Origin: Octopus sinensis
Taxonomy: Eukaryota
NCBI RefSeq assembly: GCF_006345805.1
Contig: NC_042999.1
Span: forward strand, 51,460,001-51,524,000
Direction: 5' to 3'
Length of the DNA stretch: 64,000 nucleotides
Shown: one piece after another, positions 12,011 to 25,285 of the stretch
Layout: each line of letters begins with the position of its first letter
Numbering within the stretch: the stretch's first letter is position 1
Notes under the pieces: generated by a model
Database searches by the model: none
Seen by the model: the letters and a program-made list of their open reading frames with translations, nothing else
What the model was told of the DNA's origin: nothing
Made by a program: the position numbers and the translations under genes

Positions 12011-12369
12011 TCAGACACTCTTTACTTATTATGGTAGGCTCATTTCCTTAATAGCATTCCATTACAGTTCTGTTGTTTTGAGTCCATGTTCTAATCTTTG
12101 TAGCAGTATCTGGATAATGACCAGGTCCACCCTGCTGAATAGTGGGACACTTGCCATGTCTTATACTCACAAAGAGGAGTGCAGTGTTGAGATGTCACAA
12201 CCACAAGTTTTTTTAATTGCGACACAATCTATAGGGGGCAGCCTTCTACCCTTTGTAGTAGGCTTATCCCCATAAAGGTAATCTTTGATGCTGATGTTCC
12301 AGGGGTATGGATCCACATAGCTGTGGCATTAGCTATCTTGCTGGCTTTGTTCACCAAACAACAAGCCAC

Positions 12370-12680
12370 TACTCATCTCCTTAAATATTCAGTATATATC
12401 TTAAGATTCTAAGCTGTACCAAAAAGATATGTCCTCTGTTGTGTCACAAAGGTAATAGTTTTGTTGGATAGATAAATCTATTCAGAGATATTTTCAGACA
12501 CTGGACCCAGTGATCCTATTACAACAGGAATGACCCCTTTTTCTCTGCAATTTCAAGACCTGTTTAACTCCCACTGTAGATCCTGTAATTTATCTATTCT
12601 TCCATTTTCTTTCCCCTTTACTCAGGTGTGAAATGGATCAGTTACATCTTTTAGATCTCAAATTCTAGTATCTTTCTCTA
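12370..12680 (-). mobile_element. Decayed RLE-type non-LTR 3' fragment
   Basis: KLQDLQWELNR..VIPVVIGSLG...LRILRYILN motif. Confidence 0.7.
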
Positions 12681-12839
12681 AAACAATATTTGGTTATGAC
12701 TGTTTCAGTTCTTTGTCTCCCTCTCTCTGGATTGTGTTTTTTTATTACATTTCCTGGCTTTCTATCCACTTGCCATGTGTTTCCAGTCATTGTGTATCTG
12801 TGTATACACATTATATATATATATATATATATATATATA

Positions 12840-13204
12840 GGCGTAGGAGTGGCTGTGTGGTAAGTAGCTTGCTTACCAACCACATGGTTCCGGTTCAGTC
12901 CCACTGCGTGGCATCTTGGGCAAGTGTCTGCTGCTATAGCCCCGGGCCGACCAATGCCTTGTGAGTGGATTTGGTAGACGGAAACTGAAAGAAGCCTGTC
13001 GTATATATGTATATATATATATGTATGTGTGTGTATATGTTTGTGTGTCTGTGTTTGACCCCTAGCATTGCTTGACAACCGATGCTGGTGTGTTTATGTC
13101 CCCGTCACTTAGCAGTTCGGCAAAAAGAGACCGATAGAATAAGTACTGGTCTTACAAAGAATAAGTCCCGGGGTCGATCCGCTCGACTAAAGGCGGTGCT
13201 CCAG
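12840..13204 (+). mobile_element. Family A SINE (3'-truncated)
   Basis: High similarity to 3783-4180. Confidence 0.9.
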
Positions 13205-14258
13205 AAAAAAGAAAGAAAAGATATATATATACATGTTTTTAGCTTTTTTATGAAGCCAAAACAATGCAAGTTCTGAGAATTAATACAAGTTGATGGTTTG
13301 TACTTTTACCTTGCATTTCAATATTTTGGGGTTAGGACCTCTTCTATCAATTTGTCTGTCTACCTGCCTGCCTGCCTGTCTGTCTGTCTGTCATCACAAG
13401 GGTGCTCCTCTTCCTCACTAGACCCTTGTTTCTGCTACATATGGGATTTGGCAGTAACTGGCATAATATTTTCAATTAAATGAGATTCAACTGTGTCCAC
13501 TAGTAGCCATATGATATAAAGTCTTCCTTTTAAGTCTAAAAGTCTGTTGGAAAAATATGTGCCTCATTTCTGTGCTGACGTGGAAGAGATGATGTTTTGA
13601 ATGGTTTTTGCCAGGGACCAGTCACAAACATGCTATTTCCATTGGAGTGTCCAGTTGCAGACCTCCCTTTAACCCACCTCCTTTTTACCGATCTTGACCA
13701 TGAGGTCCTTACTATAATCTGTTCCCGTGGTAGTTGTGACAATGATGTTGGTGGTGATCATCACGACAATGATGACAAAGGGGATGTTGGTGATGATGAT
13801 GATGATGACAATGTAGTTTTAGTGCTGCTGCTACTGATGATGATTATGATGATGATGCAATTTTATAGCTAACAAACCAGACTTATTTTATTAAAACTAA
13901 AGTAAATATAAATGAAAAAAATTAAAAGAAGTCATCAAAATTTAATTTCTTGGAAAATATTTTTACATTTTTATAACTGAAAAATATATGCAAAAATATC
14001 AGTTTTTGGAGTAAAACTCTGCATCTGGTAAGAATGTTTGAGGCTGTTGATAAGTTTAAGGGTTTCTTCAGCAAAACCGAAGATGTGTAGTTAGCACTGA
14101 GAGATATATTCCCACGTGGGGAGGTTGGGGAAGTGGTGGGAGGTTAAAGGAGGAGGAGTAACATGTTTATATAGAAATATAAAAAAAAAGAAATAGGGAG
14201 AAACTACAAAAAATATTTTTGATTCTGAATAAATAATAATGAGGATAATAACAATAAT

Positions 14259-14311
<53 letters not shown>

Positions 14312-14618
14312 AAAGAAACCAAAAATGCATGAAACAAAACTCTGCTACTGATTCTCAAATTTCTATGGCAGCATCTGATGCTAGCATGTCTGTGAAACTA
14401 CTCAGGATTCCAAAGAGGAGAACCGTTTTAGAGTTTATGGTTTAAAGATGGGAACAATAATTCATATGTATATATTGATCAGCAGTTGAGAACTGGCATT
14501 ATGTCTACCTAATTTGTACTCTGAGTCGTTAAATGAGAATACATACACACACAAGCACACACACACACACACAAGCACAGTGAGATATGTATATATATAC
14601 AATACACATCATATATAT

Positions 14619-14676
<58 letters not shown>

Positions 14677-14862
14677 TGCATCCATCCACCATACATACAT
14701 ACATATATATTATTATAATGGAATAATTACTATGAAGAATTGTGTAGAATATATTGTATAAAAGATCATGATAAGTCTACATTAATTCACATAGTTGTTT
14801 TCTTGTGATTTACCTTGCATTTACTTCGCATTGTTTTGGCCTTACCCACGATCTTTTATACA

Positions 14863-14901
<39 letters not shown>

Positions 14902-14904
14902 AGC

Positions 14905-16320
14905 GTGTACATATGGATGAAGGCTTACTTGCAGTTAGTGATTCTGCTAAGAAGGAGGGCTGGAAGTGCCTCTATGAAAGGTTGCTAAATGTAAAGGACA
15001 CATGGGATAAGAAGAGCGTAGCTAATGTGCACCCAACAGAGGAACCAGCTATCCAAATCAACTGTAGCTTAGTAGATAAAGCAATTTAGGATTTAAAGTT
15101 AGGGAAAGCTCTTGGCCCATCAGATATCACTGCAGAGATGCTTAAAATATCTGGTGGAGTGAGACATAGCCTAGTCATCAGTATAGTTAATCAGGTTATC
15201 CACATGGGGTCATACTCAATGTCTGGTGTAGCAACTGTTACAAAGGTAAAAGTGATGCCTTAGACAGAAATAATTACAGGGGCATCAAATTGCTGGACCA
15301 GGTGACGAAAGTTACAGAAAGGGTCATAGCTCAATTAATTAGGAAGAGAGTTAGCCTACATGAGATGCAGTTTGATTTTGTGCCCAGCAAAACTAATACT
15401 GATGCTATCTTCCTGGTGAGGCAACTGTAGAAGTACTTGGCCAAAAATAAGCCTATGTATTTGGCTTTTGCTGACATGGAGAAAGCCTTTGACAGGGTCC
15501 CCTACTCCCTTATCTGGTGGGTAATATGGAAGCTAAGGATAGATGCACAAGCCATGCAGAGTGATGCTGTCAGTAAGCTGAACTTTGCGAATGAGTTAAG
15601 CTAGGAATTTAGTGTACAAGTAGAAGTCTGCCAAGGATCAGTTTTCAGCTCCTCCTCGTTATCATAGTGCTCCAAGCTATAATTGAGGAATTTAAGACTA
15701 ATGGCACTTGGGAGAACCTCTACATTGAAGACCTTGTTCTTATTTCTGACTTACTTCCAGAACTAGAGAAGAAATTTCAGGTATGGTAGCAATGTCTGAA
15801 AACAATGAGCTTTAGAGTCAATTTAGCAAAGACGAAAGATCTAATAAGTAAACAAACAAATCACAGATCCCTTCAGGAAGATGGCCCTGCTCAATATCTA
15901 GAAAAGGTGGAAGGAGAAGCTCTATAAGTTGTGCCCAGTACAAGATATGAACCCAGAAGAGGCGCAACACTATCACTGGGGATTAACAGGGAAAGTAGTC
16001 TTTATATGTGGCAGATGTGCAGATACATTAAACACCAGAAATATACAGAAAATATACTCTCTTAGATGTCTGGGGGCTCCTTAGAAGTAGTGAATATTTT
16101 CTGTTACTTGTGTGACCAAGTTAGCAGTGGTGGAGGTTGTTCTGAAAGCAACTAGCTACTAGAACGAGAACAGACTGGGCAAAGTTTAGAGAGTTCCTAC
16201 CTTGAAAGAAGTGAAGCCAGCATGCTCTGCTGGATGGGTAATGTCAGTGTGCATATATGACAGAGTGTAAGTGATTTGAGAGAAAAACTGGGTATACGAG
16301 GCATCAGACGTAGGGGGCAG
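14905..16320 (+). mobile_element. Decayed RTE-like LINE (PHD-in-RT family), RT region
   Basis: NYRGIKLLDQV, EMQFxFV, AFADMEKAFDRVP, QGSV, WPCSI..K and FICGRC remnants with many stops and frameshifts. Confidence 0.88.
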
Positions 16321-16644
16321 ACTTCTACTTGTACACTAAATTCCTAGCTTAACTCATTGGCAAAGTTCAGCTTACTAAATTTGACAGTTTGCATAAAAGG
16401 AAAAGGAAACACAGTATCCCATTCCAAAAATAAAATTATTTAAAAAGATTTCTCATAGAATTATTCATATTGTTTTAAGATTTGTTTTAAACAAAAGATT
16501 ATTAGAATAAAAAATATAATGATATATAATAACATTTACAATAAAAATCAGGCATGAAATCATTTTATATTAAAAAAAGTATGATATTAATAAGTATAAA
16601 AATTGGCAAGTATTTAATATATTTATCTATATTAAAAACAGTGA

Positions 16645-16960
16645 AGGCACATGGGTCAGTGTTAGAGTGTTGGGCTCACAATCATGTGGTAGATAGCTTG
16701 ACTCCCAGACTGGGCTGTGTGTTGTGTTCTTGAGCAAGACACTTTATTTCACATTGCTCTAGTCCATTCAGCCACTGGTGCCAAGCTGTATCAGCCCTTC
16801 CCTTGGATAACACCGGTAGCATGGAGAGGGGGAGGCTAGTATGTATGGGTGACTGTTGGTCCTCCATAAACAACCTTGCCTAGACTTATGCCTCAGAGGG
16901 GAATTTTCTAGGTGTAATCCCATAGTCATTCATAACTGAAGTGGGGTCTCTACCCTTTAT
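16645..16960 (+). mobile_element. Older tRNA-derived SINE with CORE-like segment
   Basis: tRNA-like head followed by gtgttgtgttcttgagcaagacactttatttcacattgctc. Confidence 0.65.
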
Positions 16961-17205
16961 ACTCAAACCACTATAATTATATATAACAATTAAGACCAGA
17001 TTTTTTTTTATCTTTAAACGAACTTTATATATTAAATAACACCACAAATGATATATATTTTAAACAACCAGAGATACATATAGTTCAAACCGCTACAACC
17101 ACAGGCCTCAATCTTCAATTTATTCATTACAATAAATCAAATTAAAATATTCTATAATTAAAAAAATCATAAATAAGAATTAAATAAAGAATATATATAT
17201 ATGTA

Positions 17206-17835
17206 GGCGTAGAAGTGGCTGTGTGGTAAGTAGCTTGCTAACCAGCCACACGGTTCTGGGTTTAGTCCCACTGTGTGGCATCTTGGGCAAGTGTCTTCTA
17301 CTATAGCCTCGGGCCGACCAAAGCCTTGTGAGTGGATTTGGTAGATGGAAACTGAAAGAAGCCTGTCGTATATATGTATATATATATAAGTGTGTGTGTA
17401 TATGTTTGTGTGTCTGTGTTTGTCCCCTTAGCATTGCTTGACAACCGATGCTGGTGTGTTTACGTCCCCGTTACTTAGCGGTCCGGCAAAAGAGACTGAT
17501 AGAATAAGTACTGGGCTTACAAAGAATAAGTCCCAGGGTCGATTTGCTCGACTAAAGGCGGTGCTCCAGCATGGCCGCAGTCAAATGACTGAAACAAGTA
17601 AAAGAGTAAAAGAGTATATGTATGTGTGTGTATGTGTGTTTGTGTTTGTCCCTCTAGCATTGCTTGACAACCGATGCTGGTATGTTTACGTCCCCGTCAC
17701 TTAGCAGTTCAGCAAAAGAGACCGATAGAATAAGTATTGGGCTTACAAAGAATAGGTCCCGGGGTCGATTTGCTCGACTAAAGGCGGTGCTCCAGCATGG
17801 CTGCAGTCAAATGACTGAAACAAGTAAAAGAGTAT
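17206..17835 (+). mobile_element. Family A SINE with tandemly duplicated 3' half
   Basis: The segment gtttgtccc.ctagcattgcttgacaaccg...gtaaaagag occurs twice (about 17415-17615 and 17635-17835). Confidence 0.9.
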
Positions 17836-17844
17836 AAATAAATC

Positions 17845-19000
17845 AACTAGATCATGGCTGGGAGATAACAGTTTACTCAAAGTAGCCACCTTCAGCTTCC
17901 ATCTGGACCTCAAAATGGCTCTGGAACCTGGCAAGTATATCCCTGTATCTACAAAACCTTATTGATCTTGGCCATCAGCTTGGCCTTGGTATTGCAAGCA
18001 GCAGAGCAGTTGGTGTCTTTCTCAATCACACTCCATACAGAGTAATCCATGGGATTACAATTAAGGGAATTAGGGGGCCAGAAATCAGGGCTTGTGAAGT
18101 TGTAGAAATTCTATGGCAAGTTGTTAAATCCTGCTGCCACACATATGGCCTTCTAGCAGCAACTTGCTCCAGCTAGGGTTAGACCACAGTCTCCAGCAGC
18201 TGCATGTAATCGCCTGAATTGGGCCTAAGTCCCTGTTCAAAGATGTAGGATGGCATGATGTCACCCTCACTGGTGATGCACCCAAAGACCATCACAGTTT
18301 GGGAGAACTTGGTTTCCATGATACATGGGACATTGCATGGATTTGCATGCAAACCAGCTGTTGTTTAGGGTGTTGTGCAACTGGTCCTGGCAGAAGTACT
18401 TTTCATCTGAGAAGAAACAAATTGTTCCTAGCTCAACAGGATACCTCATCTTGTTCAGGAGCTTCTTTGCGTTTGTCAAGCAGCACTCCTTGACTTTGGC
18501 TGTCAGAAACGTGAGCACACCGGGCGAAATACTTAGCAGTATTTCGTCTGCCGCTACGTTCTGAGTTCAAATTCTGCCGAGGTCGACTTTGCCTTTCATC
18601 CTTTCGAGGTCGTTTAAATAAGTACCAGTTACGCACTGGGGTCAATATAATCGACTTAATCTGCTTGTCTGTCCCCTTGTGGGCAATAAAAAAATAAGAA
18701 TTTGTCTTCTGTGCCTCTTGTATGAGTGGCAACTCCGACACCCATCTCAGTCACCAAAGCTTGAATTCCTTTTCTTTACCCAGTCCTACAGCTGTTGGAT
18801 GAAGGCAGGCATTTGGATGCAGTTAAAACACCTGTGTCCTCTGGGTGTGTCTTCGTATTCTCTGTAGTAGCTGTCCATGTCGTGTCTTGCAGCCATTACA
18901 GTGTTTAGAGAGCTCAGAGCAGCAGCCGTGACATTGACATTTTGATTCTCGATATGAATCATCACAATGCAGGCAACTCTTTCCCAATATTCAGACGACT
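17845..19000 (-). mobile_element. Decayed Tc1/mariner-superfamily (maT/DD37-like) transposon, interrupted by a SINE
   Basis: FFSDEKYFCQDQ.HN..N and C-terminal EAEGGYFE* remnants. Homologous copy at 48955-49825. Confidence 0.8.
18498..18700 (+). mobile_element. Family B SINE
   Basis: ttctgagttcaaattc B-box and gactttgcctttcatcctttcg core. Confidence 0.9.
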
Positions 19001-19130
19001 TCCATGTCAGCTTTTTCTCAAACTTTAATCCTTATGATCTCCAACGCCGTTCTCTGTCAATCAATACATCAAGCAGTTCTTGAAAAAAGAGACATATGAA
19101 ATCGTCAGATTTATCTTGAACACACTGTAT

Positions 19131-19484
19131 ATTCTTTTACTGGCTTCAGTCGTTTGACTACAGGTCACGCTAGAGCATTGCCTTTAATTGAACAAATCGG
19201 CCCTGGGACTTATTCTTTGGTCTCTTTTGCCGAACCGCTAAGTTACAGGGACGTAAACACACCAACATCGGTTGTCAAGCGATGGTGGGGGACAGACACA
19301 CAAATACATACACATACATTATATATATATATATATATAAATATATTCCACGGGTTTCTTTCACTCAGAAGTCTTTGGTTGGCCCAAAGTTATAGTAGAA
19401 GACACTTGCCCAAGGTACCACGCAGTGGAACTGAACCCCGAACCATGTGGTTGGGAAGCAAGCTTCTTACTACGCACCTACGCC
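19131..19484 (-). mobile_element. Family A SINE
   Basis: Reverse complement of the family A consensus. Confidence 0.88.
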
Positions 19485-20445
19485 TAGCGTTTACGAATAT
19501 AAATTCATTTAGAACATTCAGTACGACAGTGGTTTGATGGTCGTACTTATGTTGTAGAATTTAGTAAATTTGTTTTGAATTCAGTCGGTGACAGAGGAAG
19601 TTGTAAGTTAATCTTATTAAAAGTACTTGTGGGAATGTTGTTTAAAAAGAGCTGGTGCTTGTAATAATCATATTAGAAGAACCAACGATTGTAAGAATCG
19701 TATTAGAAGAAACAGCGTTTGTAAGAATCGTACAAAAGAGGAAGAGCGAAAAGATCCAATTAAAAGAGTCAGTGCGTGTTAGTGAGAGGCATGACTAATC
19801 GCTGCACACCGACTAAATGTGATGGAGTAGTCGTTATTAAAGTACGAAAGTGAGGCTGTAAAGTTGTGTGGTGCCGGTCGCCGCCGGACACTTGACCAGG
19901 AAGACCTCTTCTCTGGCTCGACCCGAACCCTCCTCACATCAACATTATCAATTATTATGGCTCCGGTTGACACATGGAGCTAACTACCGTTGCAGCCAGG
20001 CCACACACAGCTCTACGATCTTCCACGATACTATAACTGGCCGATAAACATTCCTCCGGGTGTACATTCACGTTTACAAGAGAAAGATAAAGCAACAAAA
20101 GACCTGACTGGATGAAGAGAAATCGACCCGAGTTGTTGGCCTCCACATCTTCTTTGATGTCTGTGTAATAATAACTAACAATCTATTATTGTTGATTAAC
20201 TGAAACCTTACTAATATTACAACTGTCTTGTGAAGTCGACATAGTTATCTCACTCTTACATCTGTCCACCCTAACAATACATACATTACACACATACAGG
20301 CAATATACAACATTTATACACATATGACATATACGTAAATATAATACATACACACTTCCATATATATATAATATATATATATATATCAGCCTGACTGGAT
20401 GATACCTCGATAAGAAAAAAATATATATACACTCACACTCACCCC

Positions 20446-20488
<43 letters not shown>

Positions 20489-20839
20489 ACATTGCCTCAA
20501 CTCAATATTTAAAATTTATTTCTTATTAATTTCTGTCAACTTCTCAACAACACATGTTTATAAATAATATCTCCTACTTTTCACTGTTCTATTTTCTCAT
20601 TAATCCGAATGGCCTCTCTCCACCTCTTTTGATGATGTTTTAACTGGAGTTATTATTATTGTCATTATCAAAACAGCAACAACAACTACTGAATCTGTCT
20701 AATGTGTTCGCCACTGAGATTAAAGCTGCTTGTATTTATGGCTTAGCACACAATAGACATTCAGAAAAGCTAACTAAAAACTTTCAAATCAAAATATTAG
20801 CGGGAGAAAAATCAATTAATTTCAAAGTAATCCATTTGT

Positions 20840-20935
20840 TTGGTCCCCCCCCACTCCCTCACTTCCGACGAGAACTGAAGAAGTTTTTGTAATTTGGTCG
20901 GGAGTCGGACTGCCTGGCTAAATCGTCCTCTAGAT
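20840..20935 (+). promoter_or_regulatory. Probable CCNY promoter/5' UTR with ETS-like site CACTTCCG at 20860-20867
   Basis: CpG-retaining, non-repetitive stretch directly upstream of the ATG, with no upstream ATG between the motif and the start. TSS is not determinable from sequence. Confidence 0.45.
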
Positions 20936-21149
20936 ATGGGACATAGCCAGTCATGTTGTGCCTACTCCAGTCCCAAACAGATCCGGATCGGTCATCAGAA
21001 ACAGAAAGAAGACATCTACCAACCTGCCCGGACAGAAGAGACCGGGGGTTCGAGTCACGGAGGTGCAGGGGCTGCGACTGGATTGTCCAGTTCGGGACGA
21101 CATCATAGTCACAGTAATTTACAACATATCAGTGACAGAGAACCTGAAG
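20936..21149 (+). CDS. CCNY: Cyclin Y exon 1 (MGHSQSCCAYSSPK...SNLQHISDREPE), phase-1 end
   Basis: ATG at 20936. MG-x3-S-CC lipidation motif and NLQHISDRE match the cyclin Y N-terminus. Donor AAG|GTAGGT at 21150. Confidence 0.95.
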
Positions 21150-21986
21150 GTAGGTGTGAAGTTATCTCATCAGCTTCTTAGTTTCACCGTAAAATGTTAT
21201 AGACCTCATTTACAACGACACTGATTAAACAAATATTTAATACATGTAGAAAATATATTTTAACTGTAATTAAACATAATTAGACAGTAAAACATAGTTA
21301 TTGCCTTGTAAATAAGGGAAATATTTTCTGCCTAGAATTAATAATAATGTTCGTTCTACTTATTAGAAACCTCCTATTAGTCATCTAACATAATTATTGT
21401 TTGTAACTTTCCGTATCTGGGTTGCTGCATAACTTGATTAATGCTGTATAAACGTTTTATTAATTAATTTAACCTTATAATTAATTTAACATAATAAACA
21501 AGAGGGCCCAATCCTTAAACACACATTCCCTCACGCCTAACTTGACCAATTCCCAAGAAGGCAGTGGACACAAGGTTTGAGGTCAAATTGTTAAAATCCC
21601 TTAGTTCCGTTTTATTAATAAACAATTCACTTATTACTATTATTATTATTATTATTACTACTAAAATATACCTTTTTATAAATCATGTGTAAATATCTCT
21701 GTTGGTAAGTATGAAAACTGTCGGTTGTTGACTGTTTCTACTAAACATTTCCTGGCGCCTCTCAAATTGCTAACACTTCAACCTTATGACTGTTAGCCTC
21801 TCCTACCGTGACTTCCCTTCCTGACTTTGTATTTAATCCTTTCTTACCAGGGTTTCATTTGTTTGTAATTCCACTCTTCACTCAAATTAAACATCAGCTG
21901 TGTCAACCTTACTCGACAACCATATCCCCTTTTCTAAGTGGAACTAGTAGGGCTGTCGTTTATATGTGTGTGTGTGTGTATATATA

Positions 21987-22064
<78 letters not shown>

Positions 22065-23559
22065 GTATATACACGACATCCCTACTAGTCCCTCATTTAT
22101 ATATATACATACATCTCTCGATCGATCGTTTACTGTCCGTTTTATATGTATGTATATGAACGATAGGATTTTGAATCCTTTTAAAACAGTCTCAAGTGAT
22201 GTGTTAACAAACCGTCTTCTTGTGTGATGCTGTTGGTGTCATTGAAGTCTAACTTAATTGTTTCAGGAATGGAATAATTTTTTTTTTTCATTTGGATTTA
22301 AAAAAAAAACATTGCAAGTGTATGAAAGAATATTGGTTCAGTTTTGTAACATTGTTCTCAAAAACTTAACTCTAGTTCCTTCCTCTCAATCAAAATTCCT
22401 CTGGATTAATGGTATGTGAATATATTGATTCCATAACCTGGATTTTAGGTAATATCTTAGAGACTGCTGCTATATGTGATACGTAGGTATATATGAGAGT
22501 GATGTTGTGTTAAGTCTACATATAAATTATATGTGGTTGATAATTATTATAAATCTGTATGTTTATGTGTAAAGATTATGAAGTTGATGTCAGGTTACAC
22601 TGACAAATGACTATTGATAGTTTAATTTCTTAAAAGATGTCTGGATCCTGAACCTTCAGATATGTTGTTTAGGCTTAGCCCTTGGTCAACCCTGATCAAG
22701 AAGATCTATGAACAAAGGCATTCAGTTTGTGATTTCCCCATTAGTAAGTTATCCAGTTGATATTTCTTTTTAAAGATAATCGAGTGTTATTTGAGGAAGA
22801 TTTCACTGCTATTTTAAAGAGATTCTGCGAGCCTGTAGAGGCTCCCTTGTTGGCTTGATCTTCAGCTGATGGCCAGTTGTGATATTTCAATCCTCTCAGT
22901 ATTGAAAGGGTTTCCACCAGTAAAGAAACCCATTTTGCTTGTTTCACATTCAAAGAAATTCCTACCGCATCTCGGATTTTTAAGAGAAATGAAATTTTAA
23001 TTCTCTTGAAATAAGAAAACTTGACATTGACAAAACTGAATTACTGACTCTTGACAGAAAACGAAGATGAATAATATCCTAGATTGGAGTACTGCTGCAA
23101 TATCTGACATGGTGCTTATTGTTACAAGCATTCTAAAGGCCATTCACTTACACACCCCTAGTCCACAGAACTATCAATTATTTCTTGGGGTCTAACTGAA
23201 CAAGTGAGAGACTTAGTTTCTTGGGTGATCTTTCTACTACATCTATTACAAATGAAATTCTTCTTCTCTATCAGAATAAGGTCCAAGTGTACATTTTGTG
23301 AACCTGTTGTTTACATTCGGGATACAGTATAGAGATTCTACCTCTTCACTTTCCTCTTCATATCATGCCACTTCCTTATTCTATTTCCCATTAAAATGAT
23401 CTTTATCTCCACATTCAACCCTGCTTCCCTATTTGGAACATGTACTATAATCCTTTGACTGATTCAACTACAAGAACTAGATTGTTGATAAACAGGAGAT
23501 CCTGGTCTTGAACTATATTGATATAGCCTAGACAATTAGAATAGACAGAGACATTAAAT

Positions 23560-24330
23560 TCTTTGAGCTCCTCTATGCTGATGACCTTTTTCTTATAGCT
23601 GAATGTGTAGTAGAATTAGAAATGAAATTCCAGGTAGGGAAGCAAAACCTGAAATCAAAGGGCCTTTGCCTTAGCAAAGACTGAAGTTCTAGTTAGCAAG
23701 AAAACAGACAAACCACTAATCCCTTCAAGAAAATGGCCCTGGTCAATATGTAGTAAAGGTTTTGGTAGAAATTCCGTACAGTGTTCCTTGTGTAAACTGT
23801 GGACATGTAAGAGGTGTAGTAGAATAACATACGATTAACAGAACATAATAAGAATGCACCAGACAAAAATTTTCTTGAATGCCTAGGAGGATCCTTAATG
23901 GTAGCTGATAGTTTCCTAGGTGACCTAATTAGCAGTGCGGAGGATACACTGAAAGCAGTGTAGCTAGAGTAATAATTAACTGGGGTAGTTCAGAGAGCTA
24001 TGAATACAGAAGACATGCAAAGGCAAGACAGAAATGAAGTTTAGCCAGCTCTACTATGTATGCAATGCCAGTGTGCATGTTTGGCAAAGTGCTAAAGTGT
24101 TGAGAGAAAAATAAGCATGAGAAGAATTAGGTGTAGTGTGCATGAGAGAAGACATTACTGGTATGGCCATGTGGTGCATATGGGTAAGGATAGTTGTATA
24201 ATGAAGTGCTAATTGCAAAATGTGGATAGAATCTGTAGAAGAGGGACACCTAGAAAGACAGGAGAGGAAATAGTGACGACTGACCTGGATGTTGTCTGTC
24301 ATGGAGGAGATGTCAAAGAAACCAAGATGA
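23560..24330 (+). mobile_element. Decayed RTE-like LINE (PHD-in-RT family)
   Basis: ELLYADDL, KFQVGKQNL and WPWSICSKGFGRNSVQCSLCKLWTCKRCS. Confidence 0.85.
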
Positions 24331-24384
24331 TTAGTGATTTCTTTTTGGTGTGCTTCAGAAAGCCTGTCCATCATAATCATCATC

Positions 24385-25285
24385 ATCATCATTGTTTAAC
24401 ATCTGCTTTTCATGCTGGCATGGGTTGGACGGTTTGATTGAGGACTGGTGAGCCAGAGGCTGCACCAGGCTCAATCTGGTCTGGCAAAGTTTCTACAGCT
24501 GGTTGCCTTTCCTAACGCCAACCACCCTGAGAGTGTAGTGGGTGCTTTTACGTGCCACCAGCACAAGGGCCAGTCAGGTGGTACTGACATTGGCCATGCT
24601 TGAATGGTGCTTTTTATGTTCCACCGGCACAGGAACCTGTCAGGTAGTACTGGCAACGATCACACTTGAATGGTGCTTTTTACGTGCCACTGACTCAGGT
24701 GGTACTGTCATTGGCCATGACAACGACTTCATTTGCTTCAACAGGTCTTTGCAAGTGCAGTTTATTGCCCAATGTCTGAAGGGTACTCTTAAATAGGCTG
24801 GTTATGCTGCACTAGCATAGGCCACAGTTACAGTCTCACTTGGCTTGCTGGGTCTTCTCAAGCACAGCATACCTCCAAAGGTCTCAGTCACTTGTCATTG
24901 CCTCAGTGAGGCCCAACATTTGAAGGTTGTGCTTCACCACCTCATCCCTACCTCTTCCACAGGTTCCCTCTACTGCTAGGGTGTGACACTTTTTCACACA
25001 ACTGTTCTCATCCATATGCAACACATGGCCATACCAGTGCAGTCATCTCTCTTGCACACCACATCCGATGCTTCTTAAATCTGACTTTTCTCTCAGGGTG
25101 CTTACACTCTGTCGTGTGTGATCACTGACATTACACATCCAACAGAGCATATTGGCTTCATTCCTTGCAAGCTTACGCCTGTCCTCAGCAGTCATGGCCC
25201 ACATTTCACTGCCATGTAGCATGGCTGTTTGCACACGTGTCATACAGTCTACCTTTTACTCTAAGTGAAGGGCCCTTTGTCACCA
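24385..25285 (-). mobile_element. RTE-like LINE 3' end: ORF C-terminus, repeat-containing 3' UTR and (GAT)n tail
   Basis: TAMLHGSEMWAMT...LCWMCNV in ORF 25043..25243 is contiguous with the 3' UTR found as stand-alone copies elsewhere. Confidence 0.88.

Noticed and set aside
19955-20146. 63-aa minus-strand ORF as a protein-coding gene
   Set aside because: It has a non-ATG start, no recognisable motif and no linked downstream exons. It is kept only as a candidate non-coding transcript.
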